From NCBI GenBank assembly GCA_965209155.1, contig OZ242383.1, positions 2,720,001-2,784,000 on the forward strand: a stretch of 64,000 nucleotides of DNA, in the 5' to 3' direction. Origin of the DNA: a bacterium. Its GTDB lineage: Bacteria > SAR324 > NAC60-12. Below, piece after piece: positions 10,301 to 20,139 of this stretch. The position numbers were made by a program, and so were the translations under genes. Below the pieces are notes generated by a model. That model saw nothing but the letters and a program-made list of their open reading frames with translations, made no database searches and was not told the DNA's origin. How positions within the stretch are numbered: the first letter of the stretch is position 1; every line of letters starts with the position of its first letter.

Positions 10301-13300
10301 TCCCGACCAGTGGCAGCAGACCCTCATTCAAATCAAACCCGACCTGGCCGGTAAAAGCGTCGCAGACGTGATACGCTTTGAGCCGCTCACCCAATCGGAT
10401 GCCGAGGTCCTTGTCCCTATCCTCTATGAACTCCATGTGGCCTATGGCCAGGCTGGGGTTACTTTGGATGACGGTCTTTGGCAGCCCATCGCTGCAAAAC
10501 GCATCTCTTTTCTGCTCAATCATTTTCATCCGAAACATTCACCCGAATCCTATGGTCTCCTTGGAGCGATCTATTGCGAGTTTATGCAGGATTTTGAATT
10601 TGGTTATGAACTCGGCCGTCTGGGCATACAGCTCATGGAAGCGCTTGATCTGAAGGAAATAAACTGTAGAGTTTCCGGGGGTTTCAACGGCGCGATCCGA
10701 TTCTACCGGGAGCCGCTATCGGCGTCATTGGAGCCCTTGCTGGAAGCTCATAAGATGGGAATCGAGATGGGAGATTTCTTCAATGCCGGTCGTAGCGCCC
10801 TCACAAGATGTCAGATTGCCTTTATGTGCGGGAAGGAGCTGAATTGGCTGAAAGGGGAATTGTCATCGTTGAAGCTTGCTCTCGAGAAGATCGATTATAT
10901 TATCGGGTCTCGCCATGCCGAAATGCTGACGAAGGCGGTCACGATTCTGATGGAGGAGCCTTCGAGCCTGTCGAGCGGCATCATGGATCAATACCATAGT
11001 GTGTCAAGTGCGGAGTACGTATATCAGGAACAGAGCAGTTTTAATTACCAAAAGCTGGTGCTGCAAACCCTGTTCGAAGAATACGAAGCAGCCCGTGAGA
11101 CAGTTTTTGAAATGATCAACCTGATGAAAACTTACAAGGATGCCCTGATTGATCCCCTGGCCAACTGCTACCTCTCCCTCGCTCTCCTCGCGGTTTGCGG
11201 CCAGGTGCCTGAGAGGGAAAAGGAGGAAATCCTCATCCAGGTCGATGACAATCAGGAGACGTTGGAGAAACTGGCGCGCAGTGCTCCGCCTAATTACCGG
11301 CACAAGCATCACTTGGTGGAAGCCGAGCGGATGCGGGTTCTGGATGGCAACCCCGATACCATTATGCACCACTATGACCAGGCCATCGCTTTGGCCAGAG
11401 AGAGCGAATTTATCCACGAGGAAGCCCTGGCCAATGAACTGGCAGCCAGGTACTTGCTCAACCAGGGGCAGAACGACGACGCCAGGGCTTACCTGCACTC
11501 AGCAATGGAGCAGTACGAAGCCTGGGGGGCAAAACGGAAGGTCGCGCACCTGAAGTCTCGATATCCCGGCTTGATTGTCGATGATCGTGCTGAAGCGGCG
11601 TCTCCTTCGGCCAACCTGGACCTGGGGACGATGCTCAAAGCCTCGGAAGCCATCTCCAGTACCCTCGAGCTGGAACCACTGCTGGAGATCCTGCTTGGCA
11701 TTCTCATAGAAAATGCCGGGGCCCAGACAGCAGCCCTGATTCTGGAAACCGAAGGTCAGTCTCTCATCGCTGCCCGCGGGAGTGCCGAACAAGTAGAATG
11801 TTTTCTACCGCTTTCCCTGCCTGTGGAAAAGGCCGAATCCCTCTCCCTCTCGGTCATCTCCTGGGTGAAACAAACCCGGGAGCACCTGGTTTTAGACAAC
11901 GCCTCCCGGGAGGAACGGTTTGCCGGGGATGACTATATCAGAAAGGAGCGTCCCAAATCCATCCTGTGCGCGCCGATCACTCACAAGACATCTTTGAACG
12001 GAATCATTTACCTGGAAAATAACCTGGTCGAGGGGGCCTTCACCCCCCGGCGATTCGAGGTGATCAAGCACCTTAGCTCCCAGATCGCCATTTCCCTGGA
12101 AAACGCCAGGCTTCACGAAAACCTCAAACGAACCGAAGTGGAATACCGGGGAATATTTGAAAATGCCACCGAAGGCATTTACCGGACGAGCCAGGACGGC
12201 CGCTTTCTGAGCGCCAATCCAGCGATGGCCCGGTTATTCGGGTACTCTTCCCCGGATGAGCTGATGGCATCCATCACCGACGTCGGGCACCAGCTTTATG
12301 TGAATCCGGAGCGGCGTCATCAGTTCCTGGATCTCATCTGGCAACGACTCCCCGTTTCGGATTTTGAGGTGGAATTTTTCCGTAAAGACGGCAGCACCTT
12401 CTGGGCATCCCTGCACGCCCGCCCCATCTATGACGAGAACGATGCATTGCGCTTCATCGATGGGATTCTTTCCGACATAACGGTGCAGAAAAACCGGATG
12501 GAAGCCCTGCATGAAGAAAATGTCCGCCTGAAGGCCAACATTAAGGAACGTTATCGCTTCGGAAAGATCATCGGCAAAAGCCCCGTGATGCAGGAGATTT
12601 ATGAATTGATCTTAAAGGCGGCGGCTAGCGATGCGGGCGTCATTGTATACGGTGAATCAGGGACCGGGAAAGAACTGGTGGCCAAAGCCATCCATGAGAT
12701 GAGTGATAGAAAAGAAAAACCCTTTGTTCCCGTCAACGCCGGTGCTGTTCCGGAAAACCTCTTGGAAAGCGAGTTTTTCGGCTACAAAAAAGGGGCCTTT
12801 ACCGGCGCCAATGCCGATAAGCGCGGCCTGCTCCAACAGGCAGACAAAGGCACGCTTTTCCTGGATGAATTGAGTGAAATCGGCCCCAACCTGCAAGCCA
12901 AACTGCTGCGTGCTATTGAGGGTGGAGGGTTCACACCAGTGGGCGGACTTGAAGCGGAAACCTCCGATTTTCGCATCATTGCTGCCACCAATCAGGATTT
13001 AAAACAACAAATGAAAAAAGGATTGATGCGGAAGGATTTCTTCTACCGCATCCACATTATCCCCATTCACTTGCCGCCTCTCCGGGAACGTAAAGAGGAC
13101 ATCCCCCTGTTGATCGAGCATTTTATGCAAAACTACCCTTCCTCAAAGAATCTGCCCACAATCACTGTCGCTGTCATGGAAGCTCTGACCTCCTATGATT
13201 GGCCGGGCAATGTGAGGGAACTGCAAAATACGTTGCACCGCTACGTTACCTTGAAGAGGCTGGATTTTCTGGGAGCCCCTTTAAAAGCGCCGGCCCCTTC

Positions 13301-13526
13301 GCCGGAGATGAAATTTGAACCGATCCGGCCAAATGAAGAGTTGCTCCGAGAGGCGATGGGGCATTTCGAAAGAGAGTATATCCTGAAGCAATTGGAAAGG
13401 TACCATTGGAACCGCTCCAAAGTTGCTTCTAAGCTTGGCATTGACCGAAAGACACTTTTTAAAAAGATGAGGAGTTATGGGGTGTTTGAGCCCCATAATG
13501 TGGCCAGATGGGAAGGCGAATCTTAA
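7353..13526 (+). CDS. Multidomain sigma54-dependent activator: integrase arm-type DNA-binding domain, pseudokinase, AAA ATPase, helical region, GAF, PAS, bEBP AAA+ and Fis HTH
   Basis: N-terminal [26 protein letters not shown]...YTIG..G.LT..EAR..AR...G.DP; kinase-fold [30 protein letters not shown] and [80 protein letters not shown]. Confidence 0.9.
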   Translation: MKGKISKQSVENLSCERKDHFLWDTELPMFGCKITPKGRRVYLLQYRIKGRQKRYTIGTHGVLTAREARHLARKMLHEVVLGRDPADTKNKKGDQNDKLSPGPPKPVVNKTKSVSSGEKPEIPGYSLEEVIFESSQTWIWRGRRQRDGLWVLIKGTASSEQSAQELAEIRHEHEITQALEIDGVLRAEELVACENGWALILENTEGLPLRKLMDTTRLDLLDSLKVALSLTSTLKEVHRQGILHKMINPLNIFVDPASGTVKLSGFDLAIRLPKENLTTLSPLLTGETLPYISPEQTGRMNRPLDYRSDFYSLGVTLYELFSGRVPFHSREAMEIIHAHIARQPVSLDQVAPQVPKTLSNMVMKLVAKRAEARYQNHSGLTADLLTCVEQLEKQGSLSDFPLGRYDMPKELQIAPGLYGRENEITALEAALERVSQGATEMVLISGSAGVGKTALVGEIYKSVVQKNGFFISGKFDQLRHNIPYSALIQALRGLIREISVANKSGMERWKIRIRTALGPNGQLVTRVIPELEPMIGPQPPLPEMGALEARNRFTAVLLEFLDLFCEKTHPLVIFLDDLQWVDADTLKLVERIAQDPEKKPLLFLGAYRDNKVDAGHQLTAAIDVIKKTGQPLQRIPLKPLNPENISQLLVHTCHCRPEEAKPLAEVLARKTGGNPFFVSQFLTVLSEKELISYSPEEKRWTWDLAAIEFLAVTENVVDLLVDRFHRFSSETRRLLSLAACIGNTFDLESLERISGAGSREIYENLLPALETGLILGLSQAPQLDNPPAGASTESGSFKFLHDRVQQAAYALIAQKEKQTVHLQIGQSLLKQYALGKRDALLFDIVHHLNLARRVKDKWKERSRLAELNLKAGLKARAASAFEQALKYFTLGLDLLGAAAWKRHYPLTLSLHEEATEMSSLCGRFELMEQLAGAVKDNAREDLDLVNVYRCRIKAYTNQGELKKAQETSAEILEKLGYQLSRLSPDQWQQTLIQIKPDLAGKSVADVIRFEPLTQSDAEVLVPILYELHVAYGQAGVTLDDGLWQPIAAKRISFLLNHFHPKHSPESYGLLGAIYCEFMQDFEFGYELGRLGIQLMEALDLKEINCRVSGGFNGAIRFYREPLSASLEPLLEAHKMGIEMGDFFNAGRSALTRCQIAFMCGKELNWLKGELSSLKLALEKIDYIIGSRHAEMLTKAVTILMEEPSSLSSGIMDQYHSVSSAEYVYQEQSSFNYQKLVLQTLFEEYEAARETVFEMINLMKTYKDALIDPLANCYLSLALLAVCGQVPEREKEEILIQVDDNQETLEKLARSAPPNYRHKHHLVEAERMRVLDGNPDTIMHHYDQAIALARESEFIHEEALANELAARYLLNQGQNDDARAYLHSAMEQYEAWGAKRKVAHLKSRYPGLIVDDRAEAASPSANLDLGTMLKASEAISSTLELEPLLEILLGILIENAGAQTAALILETEGQSLIAARGSAEQVECFLPLSLPVEKAESLSLSVISWVKQTREHLVLDNASREERFAGDDYIRKERPKSILCAPITHKTSLNGIIYLENNLVEGAFTPRRFEVIKHLSSQIAISLENARLHENLKRTEVEYRGIFENATEGIYRTSQDGRFLSANPAMARLFGYSSPDELMASITDVGHQLYVNPERRHQFLDLIWQRLPVSDFEVEFFRKDGSTFWASLHARPIYDENDALRFIDGILSDITVQKNRMEALHEENVRLKANIKERYRFGKIIGKSPVMQEIYELILKAAASDAGVIVYGESGTGKELVAKAIHEMSDRKEKPFVPVNAGAVPENLLESEFFGYKKGAFTGANADKRGLLQQADKGTLFLDELSEIGPNLQAKLLRAIEGGGFTPVGGLEAETSDFRIIAATNQDLKQQMKKGLMRKDFFYRIHIIPIHLPPLRERKEDIPLLIEHFMQNYPSSKNLPTITVAVMEALTSYDWPGNVRELQNTLHRYVTLKRLDFLGAPLKAPAPSPEMKFEPIRPNEELLREAMGHFEREYILKQLERYHWNRSKVASKLGIDRKTLFKKMRSYGVFEPHNVARWEGES
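13449..13504 (+). repeat. 56-bp direct repeat, left copy (3' end of the activator gene)
   Basis: 55/56 identical to 14290-14345; contains TTATGGGG-N8-CCCCATAA. Confidence 0.9.
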
Positions 13527-13553
13527 TGGGAATCTGTTGTATCGACTTTTGGG

Positions 13554-13907
13554 CTATTGATGAATTATAAGCGTTTCAGGAGTTAACTCGACCAAACGGT
13601 GAGTTTTAAAGGTCTCGTCAATTTCCTCTATGTTATTTGAAAATAATTCCAGTAGATCGTTATTTGAGATATTTCCTGTGGCAACATAAAGTAATTTATG
13701 TGGTTTGTTTAAAATCAAGATGGAGTCAATAAAATCAGAATCTTTTGAAACAACAACCCTCTTCTCACTCAAGGAAATTTTGTTAATATCCCGATCTTTT
13801 GTCCTGTTTTTATCGAGAAGATCGAGTGTATGAATTGAGTTGTACCCCATCTCAATCAAGGCCAAGCATAGGCGTTCAGGGAGTTGTGCATCTATCAAGT
13901 ATTTCAT
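13554..13907 (-). CDS. DUF5615 / VapC45-like PIN toxin
   Basis: MKYLIDAQLP...IHT...D.DI...RVVVSKDSDF...GN; coupled to the upstream DUF433 gene by an ATGA overlap. Confidence 0.85.
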   Translation of the reverse strand: MKYLIDAQLPERLCLALIEMGYNSIHTLDLLDKNRTKDRDINKISLSEKRVVVSKDSDFIDSILILNKPHKLLYVATGNISNNDLLELFSNNIEEIDETFKTHRLVELTPETLIIHQ

Positions 13908-14137
13908 GAGGCAAGTTTGTAAATACTTTTAACCTGACTCAATATTGAAGCGAACATTAAACAAGCTTTGATATCATTTTTCTCCAAATCTTCGTAATCC
14001 TGAAGTATTTCATCTATCTCCATATCACCACTCAATAACTCCAATATCATCTCAACAGGATAGCGAAGTCCACGAATACTAGGTTTCCCATGACAAATAT
14101 CTGGATCAATAGTAATTCTTTGTAGTAGATCATCCAT
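13904..14137 (-). CDS. DUF433 / VapB45-like antitoxin
   Basis: RITIDPDICHGKPSIRGLRYPV signature; AGGAG RBS. Confidence 0.9.
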   Translation of the reverse strand: MDDLLQRITIDPDICHGKPSIRGLRYPVEMILELLSGDMEIDEILQDYEDLEKNDIKACLMFASILSQVKSIYKLAS

Positions 14138-14289
14138 TATAAACTCCTTATATAAAATATATAAAGTTGACCAAGTACTTATTTACGGCAATTGTACACT
14201 TTTCTCTATATGGGAGCAAATAAATGGACCATTCAAAACTGACTGTCAAGAGGGATCGATCTATTTGTGATCAGAGCAGGCTCGTCCTT

Positions 14290-14345
14290 AAGACGCTTTT
14301 TAAAAAGATGAGGAGTTATGGGGTGTTTGAGCCCCATAATGTGGC
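14290..14345 (+). repeat. 56-bp direct repeat, right copy
   Basis: Matches 13449-13504 with one mismatch. Confidence 0.9.
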
Positions 14346-14428
14346 GAAATGACCCCAGTTTTCATTTATCCTTAAATTTCAGTAGGATACTAAGAAAATC
14401 CACGGTAGCATGGGGCCATTTGGCCCCA
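14316..14428. promoter_or_regulatory. Candidate enhancer (UAS) palindromes for the sigma54 activator
   Basis: TGGGG-N8-CCCCA at 14319-14336, TGGGGCCA-TT-TGGCCCCA at 14411-14428 and degenerate TGGCG-N6-CCCCA at 14342-14357; 90-200 bp upstream of the -24/-12 site. Confidence 0.6.
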
Positions 14429-14516
14429 CTTCGCGATCTTTTCAAAACCTGTCGAAACTTCCTCTGTCAATCAATTATTCTAGTGAATTCAATCACTTAG
14501 ACTATCCCACGCCGTT

Positions 14517-14532
14517 TTGGCACCATCCTTGC
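14517..14532 (+). promoter_or_regulatory. sigma54 (-24/-12) promoter
   Basis: TTGGCAC-CATCC-TTGC, with GG at 14519-14520 and GC at 14531-14532 (GG-N10-GC). Confidence 0.8.
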
Positions 14533-14915
14533 CTGATACTATTCCAACAAATCAATTCCTTCCGCTGAGGAAGGGAGAGGTCCCTGACTAAAACTCCAAA
14601 GCAGCGCATCCCAACGCGAAGCATTGGGACGATTTAAAGGGAGAAAAGGGTTATCGGTCAGACACTCGAAGTAAATCATCATTAAAGGAGGAAATGCCTA
14701 TGGAATAAAACCCGTTTTGAAACAGCTGATGGGCGCGTGAGAGCGTCATTTTATCATTATATTTTTTAAGGAGAATCTTATGAAATCGAAAATCGCTATT
14801 CTGTTAATGCCATTTATTCATTCATTGATATAAGGAGAATCTTATGAAAACAAAAATCGCTATTCCAAACAACCCTTCATCTTGGCTTTTTAATCAAAAA
14901 GCAGAAAGGAATCAA

Positions 14916-16694
14916 ATGAATCGTCAAAAAAGCAAATCAACCTTCAGGTCAACCCTGCTGGCCCTCATGCTGGTCCTCCTCCTGGGAGGAGCAGGCTTTT
15001 TGGGCAGCCCGGCCTGGGCAGCCGAAATATGTGGTTTTTCGTCGGAGGCGGCAAAGAACGCCGGGCCGCAATACGGTGGGAGTATTACATTCCTGGATGG
15101 ATATGGGGGGGCTTTTCCGCCTACAACCTGGCACCAAGGAGAAGGCAGTAACTGGACGGCAGGTATGTATCATGAACCGATGTATGAGACCCTTTTGGTT
15201 AATGATATTGTGCTTAAGGGGCCATGCGGCACAGGGGAATCTGGATTTTATCACGGTGCAGGTGAACTTTTGGAAGTGATGACAGGTCGATTGGCTGAAA
15301 GATGGGAGTTACCCGATTCGAAAACACTTATATACCATCTACGTCGGGGAGTCATGTGGTCGGGTAAGCCGGGAGTCATGGAATCCAGGGAGCTGACAGC
15401 GGAGGATATCGTTAAAAGCTATGAATTGGGTTGGAAGCGCTATCCGGATTGGCACACTACTAAAGACGTGGAGTCGATGACAGCTAAGGATAGGTACACG
15501 GTTGTACTAAAGAGTAGAAAAATCCCTAATGAATGGGCAACATACTTTGGAGTCGCGCCTTGGCTTGGGAACACCGTCGTACCTGCTGAGGTGGGGGACG
15601 AGGCTATGAAAGACTGGAAGACTCATGTGGGGCTGGGGACTGGCCCGTTTCATCTCCAGGACGTCGTGGAAGGCAGCCATGTAGCTTACGTAAGGAATCC
15701 CAATTACTGGGACAATTACGTATTCAATGACAAGAAATACGAGATTCCGTTTATCGACCGCCTGGTAAAAACTGTAATACAGGATAAATCCTCCCAGGTC
15801 GCTGCGTTACGAACAGGGAAGATTGACGTGTATGATGCACTCGAAAAAAAGTTCGTCGACTCGGTAAAAAGATCAGCTCCCGAAATAAAGATGATAGAGA
15901 GACCGGCGGAAAGAGCCTGGAGAATGGGCTTTAGGCTGGATAAGAAGCCCCTTGACGATCTCAGGGTGCGCAGAGCAATGAGCATGGCTATAGATCGAGA
16001 CGGCTTTATCAATGCCATTCAGGGAGGCAAAGGAGAGATTTTAAACGCTGAGATCCATTCAGGACATACAGAGACTTTTTATACTCCTCTGGAGAAGATG
16101 CCGAAAGAAGTTCAGGAGAATTTTTCGTATAACCCTGAGCTTGCGAGGCAACTATTAGCCGAGGCAGGCTACCCGAACGGTTTCGAGACTACCATACAAG
16201 CATATGCACGGGAGCCTGAGCGAGATGTGGTGTCTTTTCTGGCAGCTAATTGGAAGGATGTCGGAATCAACGTTAAAATTGATCTGCGGGATTCGACTAC
16301 TTTGGATGGATTGCTAAATGAAAATGAGCATGCGCCGTTGACTTTTCTTGCTAACGCAGTTTTTACTGCGGCAGGTACTTTGGTCTCTTTTGCAGTTGAT
16401 GAGTCTAATGCTTATCAAGTCGCGGTGGTTGATGACCCTGAAATAAACGAGGTTTATGAAAAGTGGGAAAACACATTGGACCCCGTTAAAGCGAACAAGA
16501 TCATAAAGGGTTTGAACGTGTTATGGCTGTCGAAAGCTTATGTGGCCTATTTACCAACTCCATATGTAACCGTGGCTCACTGGCCATGGGTAGAGAACTA
16601 CTCCGGCGAAGTCAATGATTCCCAAGCTATGGCTGTAGGCTCGATTTTCGCTCGTGCCTGGATCAACAGCGATTTAAAGGCAGAAATACAGTAA
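14916..16694 (+). CDS. ABC transporter substrate-binding protein, family 5
   Basis: Signal peptide after MNRQK; LAERWE, GTGPF, RNPNYW, DLRVRRA and LAEAGYPNGF motifs; an alternative in-frame start with RBS exists at 14844. Confidence 0.9.
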   Translation: MNRQKSKSTFRSTLLALMLVLLLGGAGFLGSPAWAAEICGFSSEAAKNAGPQYGGSITFLDGYGGAFPPTTWHQGEGSNWTAGMYHEPMYETLLVNDIVLKGPCGTGESGFYHGAGELLEVMTGRLAERWELPDSKTLIYHLRRGVMWSGKPGVMESRELTAEDIVKSYELGWKRYPDWHTTKDVESMTAKDRYTVVLKSRKIPNEWATYFGVAPWLGNTVVPAEVGDEAMKDWKTHVGLGTGPFHLQDVVEGSHVAYVRNPNYWDNYVFNDKKYEIPFIDRLVKTVIQDKSSQVAALRTGKIDVYDALEKKFVDSVKRSAPEIKMIERPAERAWRMGFRLDKKPLDDLRVRRAMSMAIDRDGFINAIQGGKGEILNAEIHSGHTETFYTPLEKMPKEVQENFSYNPELARQLLAEAGYPNGFETTIQAYAREPERDVVSFLAANWKDVGINVKIDLRDSTTLDGLLNENEHAPLTFLANAVFTAAGTLVSFAVDESNAYQVAVVDDPEINEVYEKWENTLDPVKANKIIKGLNVLWLSKAYVAYLPTPYVTVAHWPWVENYSGEVNDSQAMAVGSIFARAWINSDLKAEIQ

Positions 16695-16701
16695 TGAGCC
16701 C

Positions 16702-16732
16702 ATCGGGGAATGGAGCGATCTCATTCCCCGAT
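16702..16732 (+). terminator. Hairpin after the SBP gene (terminator or mRNA stabiliser)
   Basis: ATCGGGGAATG...CATTCCCCGAT inverted repeat without a strong U tract. Confidence 0.55.
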
Positions 16733-16764
16733 TATGATAGGGTAGAGAAACAAGGGGATACAAA

Positions 16765-17066
16765 ATGCAGGCCTACATCATCAGGAGAGTCCTCCTGATT
16801 ATACCCACTATCTTCGTAATGAGTCTCATCGTGTTCTTTGCCATTCGCTTCCTACCTGGGGAGGGATGCTCAGTGGCTCCGGACGCTCTTATATGTTCCT
16901 CTCTCCTTTGATGTCCGTCTGGCCTGGTCTGGCTCTGATGATTGTCGTCTATGGCCTCAATATTTTAGGCGACGCCCTCAGGGATTTGCCCGACCCCCGG
17001 TTGCGGGGCGCTACAGGGCGCTATGGCGGGTCTCAGGCGAGGTCTCGCCAAAAGAGAGTTTCATAA
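16765..17066 (+). pseudogene. Deletion fusion of a DppB-type permease 5' end and a DppC-type permease 3' end
   Basis: MQAYIIRRVLLIIPTIFVMSLIVFFAIRFLPG is joined out of frame to WGGMLSG...WPGLALMIVVYGLNILGDALRD..DPRLRG. Confidence 0.9.
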
Positions 17067-17084
17067 TTTTTGGAAAGGAGAACC

Positions 17085-17915
17085 ATGACCATTCGTATCC
17101 CCGTCATCATGTGCCACGGAATTTCGGACCAGGGCGACTATCTTCTCAGCGAAGAGCCTTTCAACACGCTGGTGCAGATCGCCGCCGACATGGAGTTCAC
17201 CTCCATCAACTACGACCAGCTTCATGCCTGGCACAGCGGCGGTGCTTCGTTGCCTGAGCGGCCGATAATGTTCGACTTCGACCATCCGATGAAGTCGATG
17301 CGTTACGAGGTACACAAGGCGCTCGACCGGCATGGCAATCGCGGCAATCTGTTCATCAACACCGGGCTGATAGAGGGTCAGGGCTCAATTCAACCTGCTG
17401 AAATGCAAGAATGGCTTATACGTCACGGGGAGAAAACGATGACCTGGGATGAGATCCGCGAGCTGGTCAAATTGGGGTGGCACATCGGTGCCCATACCGT
17501 GACCCACCCAGATCTGTCGCAGCTCTCCCTGGAAGATCCGCAGGGAGACCGGCTCAAGGAGGAACTGGAGACCTGCGATGCCACCCTCGAAGAGCATCTG
17601 GGTAAAGCCCCGCAGGATTTCGCCTTTACCGGCACCAGCTGGAGTACCATCGCCGCAAAGAGAGTGAAGGAACGGTATCGCTTCGGCCGGCTATGGTTAA
17701 TCGGTTCGATGGTCCAGGTGGACGGAGGCGAAATGCGGGTGGCGGAACTGTTAGGAGTCCAAGGGGATGACGAAGCGGACGGCGGCCCGCCCATAGCAGC
17801 ACGCTACATTGAGCGCGGGACCTCAGCGTACCTGTTGCCTTCGATTGAAATCCAGTCTCCGTTGCTGCACACGGTAGAGGCCTTCCGCAGTTATCTGGAG
17901 GGGGCGTTGGTGTAG
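17085..17915 (+). CDS. Polysaccharide deacetylase (NodB/CE4)-like protein
   Basis: IPVIMCHGI, IMFDFDH (atypical TFDD), MTWDEIREL..GWHIGAHTVTHP; AAGGAG RBS. Confidence 0.75.
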   Translation: MTIRIPVIMCHGISDQGDYLLSEEPFNTLVQIAADMEFTSINYDQLHAWHSGGASLPERPIMFDFDHPMKSMRYEVHKALDRHGNRGNLFINTGLIEGQGSIQPAEMQEWLIRHGEKTMTWDEIRELVKLGWHIGAHTVTHPDLSQLSLEDPQGDRLKEELETCDATLEEHLGKAPQDFAFTGTSWSTIAAKRVKERYRFGRLWLIGSMVQVDGGEMRVAELLGVQGDDEADGGPPIAARYIERGTSAYLLPSIEIQSPLLHTVEAFRSYLEGALV

Positions 17916-17985
17916 TTGACAGGGAGGCCAATTCACAACTGAAAATTATTTAGAATTAGAATGGCTGCTTGAAAGGAGGAATATC

Positions 17986-18858
17986 ATGATAGTAGTAACG
18001 GGAGCAGCGGGAAGAATGGGAAGACAAGTGCTTCAGCGTCTGGTTGATGAAGGAACAGAGGTCCGCGGCACAGATAAGGTAGCTTTTGATGACTCGCCCG
18101 CGCCCTACATTCAGGCCGACCTGTGCGATCCGGATAAGGCGAGGGAAGTGTTGAAGGGCGCCGATGCACTGATCCATATGGGGGCTATTCCAGGCCCTGC
18201 GGTCAAGGATCTTCATGAATACAACGCTGCGTACTCCGCAATCAGCCCCACTGATGTTTTCGAGATCAATGTTCAGAGTACCTTCAACATCATGATGGCG
18301 GCTTCGGATGAGAAAATTCAACGGATGGTTTTTTCTTCCAGTGCCTTTGCCATGGGGTGGGCGCACGATCCTTCGGCCTTTGTGCCCAAGTACCTGCCTC
18401 TTGATGAAGAACATCCCCTGATACCTTTTGAGACCTATGGGTTATCAAAGCAGATAGGAGAGAACATTGCGGGAATGATTTCGCGAAATTCTTCCATGTC
18501 CGTAGCAAGCCTGCGCTTTACGAATGCACCCTTACCCGAAGTTCAGGCAGAATTCCCCTGGCCTGCGCCAACTCCTGAAAATCCGACGACGCTGGTGATG
18601 TGGGCTTATGCCGACCAGCGAGATGTGGTAGAAATGCATCTCCTTGCCTTGCGAGGGGAGTTCGAGGGACACGAACCCTTTCTGATAGCTCAACCCAAGA
18701 CTCGTTTCCAGGAGCCCACGCTGGACCTCATCAGGCAGAATTTCGGGTCACAGGTTGAGATTCGAGGCGAACTTCAGGGAAACGCCAGTGTCATCAGCAC
18801 CGAGAAGGCACAGCGCATGTTGGGTTTCAAACCACGACAGCACTGGAACGAACCTTAA
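17986..18858 (+). CDS. NAD-dependent epimerase/dehydratase (extended SDR)
   Basis: VTGAAGRMG and YGLSK motifs. Confidence 0.9.
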   Translation: MIVVTGAAGRMGRQVLQRLVDEGTEVRGTDKVAFDDSPAPYIQADLCDPDKAREVLKGADALIHMGAIPGPAVKDLHEYNAAYSAISPTDVFEINVQSTFNIMMAASDEKIQRMVFSSSAFAMGWAHDPSAFVPKYLPLDEEHPLIPFETYGLSKQIGENIAGMISRNSSMSVASLRFTNAPLPEVQAEFPWPAPTPENPTTLVMWAYADQRDVVEMHLLALRGEFEGHEPFLIAQPKTRFQEPTLDLIRQNFGSQVEIRGELQGNASVISTEKAQRMLGFKPRQHWNEP

Positions 18859-18924
18859 ATGGAAGATCTCGCCAAAAGAGAGCTTCATGATTTTTAACGA
18901 TAACTCAATAAAGAGAGGGATTAT

Positions 18925-19698
18925 ATGTCCAGATTAATGGAAGGAAAAGTCGGTATAGTCACCGGTGCAGGGGCGGGAATAGGTCGTGCAAGCGCAAGGG
19001 CTTTTGCTGAAGAAGGTGCAAAGGTAGTCGTTTCAGATCTTGATCCAGTAGAGGGAGGAGAAACAGTTCGTCTTATTAAAGAAGCGGGAGGTCAAGCACT
19101 CTTTTTTAAATGTGACGTTACCGATGAAGAACAGGTAAACGCACTGGTTGATTTTTGCGTCTCTCAGTTTGGACGGCTTGACTGGGCACACAACAATGCC
19201 GGGATTACTAGTGAATTTGCAGCCCTGGCAGACACGACAACCGAAAACTGGGATCGTGTGATCAAGACAAATCTCTATGGATGCTATTTCTCAATGAAAC
19301 ACGAAATTCCGGCTATGCTTAAATCGGGTGGCGGAGCTATTGTTAACACGGGTTCCAATGTAGGGGTAGTGTCGACAAGTTATGGGGCTTCTTATATCGC
19401 ATCTAAATTTGCGGTAAGAGGCCTTACGCAGTGTGCTGCCTTGGACTATGCCAAGATAGGCATTCGTATAAATTCGATCAGCCCAGGCATGACAGATACA
19501 CCTAATATAAGCGGCTTGAAAAAAGATAGACCTGAAAGTGTTAAAGCTTTTATAGATAATATTCCAATGGGTTGTTTAGCCAGTCCGGAAGATCAGGCAA
19601 ACGCCGCGGTATTTCTCTGTTCTGATAAAGCTCGCCACATTACGGCAACGGATTTATTAGTTGATGGCGGACAGTTTGCAGAGATGGTACCGCTTTAA
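18925..19698 (+). CDS. Classical short-chain dehydrogenase/reductase
   Basis: TGAGAGIG, NNAG and YIASK motifs. Confidence 0.92.
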   Translation: MSRLMEGKVGIVTGAGAGIGRASARAFAEEGAKVVVSDLDPVEGGETVRLIKEAGGQALFFKCDVTDEEQVNALVDFCVSQFGRLDWAHNNAGITSEFAALADTTTENWDRVIKTNLYGCYFSMKHEIPAMLKSGGGAIVNTGSNVGVVSTSYGASYIASKFAVRGLTQCAALDYAKIGIRINSISPGMTDTPNISGLKKDRPESVKAFIDNIPMGCLASPEDQANAAVFLCSDKARHITATDLLVDGGQFAEMVPL

Positions 19699-19772
19699 TC
19701 TGATAGGAAATCGCTTTTTTCACGCCAAGCTTCTACCTCCCCCATGCGATAGGCGTGGACTAGCAAGGTGAC

Positions 19773-20102
19773 ATTGAAGATGCCCTGCGGGCCACAATAA
19801 TGCTGTATGATGCACCAAAAGAGCAAATAGAGACCGTCTGCTATAACGTCGTAGGGGTCTTCCCATCGCTAACGGCCAGGGAGGTAGAACGGACTATAAA
19901 GAAGTTCGTTCCGGAAGCTCAATTAACCTATAAGCCGGACCCCTTCGTCATGGATTATTTCCGCAGTCTCAATAACTTCGATGATAGCCGGGCTCGTGAG
20001 GAATAGGGGTGGAAGCCATTGTATGCGGATTTCGAAAAGGGAGTGGCCGAATTCATTAAAGAAGTAAGATCGAAACCTGAGTGCTACAAAGAAGTAAGAT
20101 AG
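19773..20102 (+). pseudogene. C-terminal half of an extended SDR (threonine-dehydrogenase/epimerase-like) with an internal stop
   Basis: IEDALRA...YNV...FDDSRAREE*GWKP; TAG replaces the expected Trp codon; Rossmann half absent. Confidence 0.7.
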
Positions 20103-20139
20103 CAACCTGAATACACCCGATGGAAGAAAGGAGAAACAT

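Noticed and set aside
14318..14500. 60-aa ORF
   Set aside because: Overlaps the repeat copy and enhancer sites; no family features.
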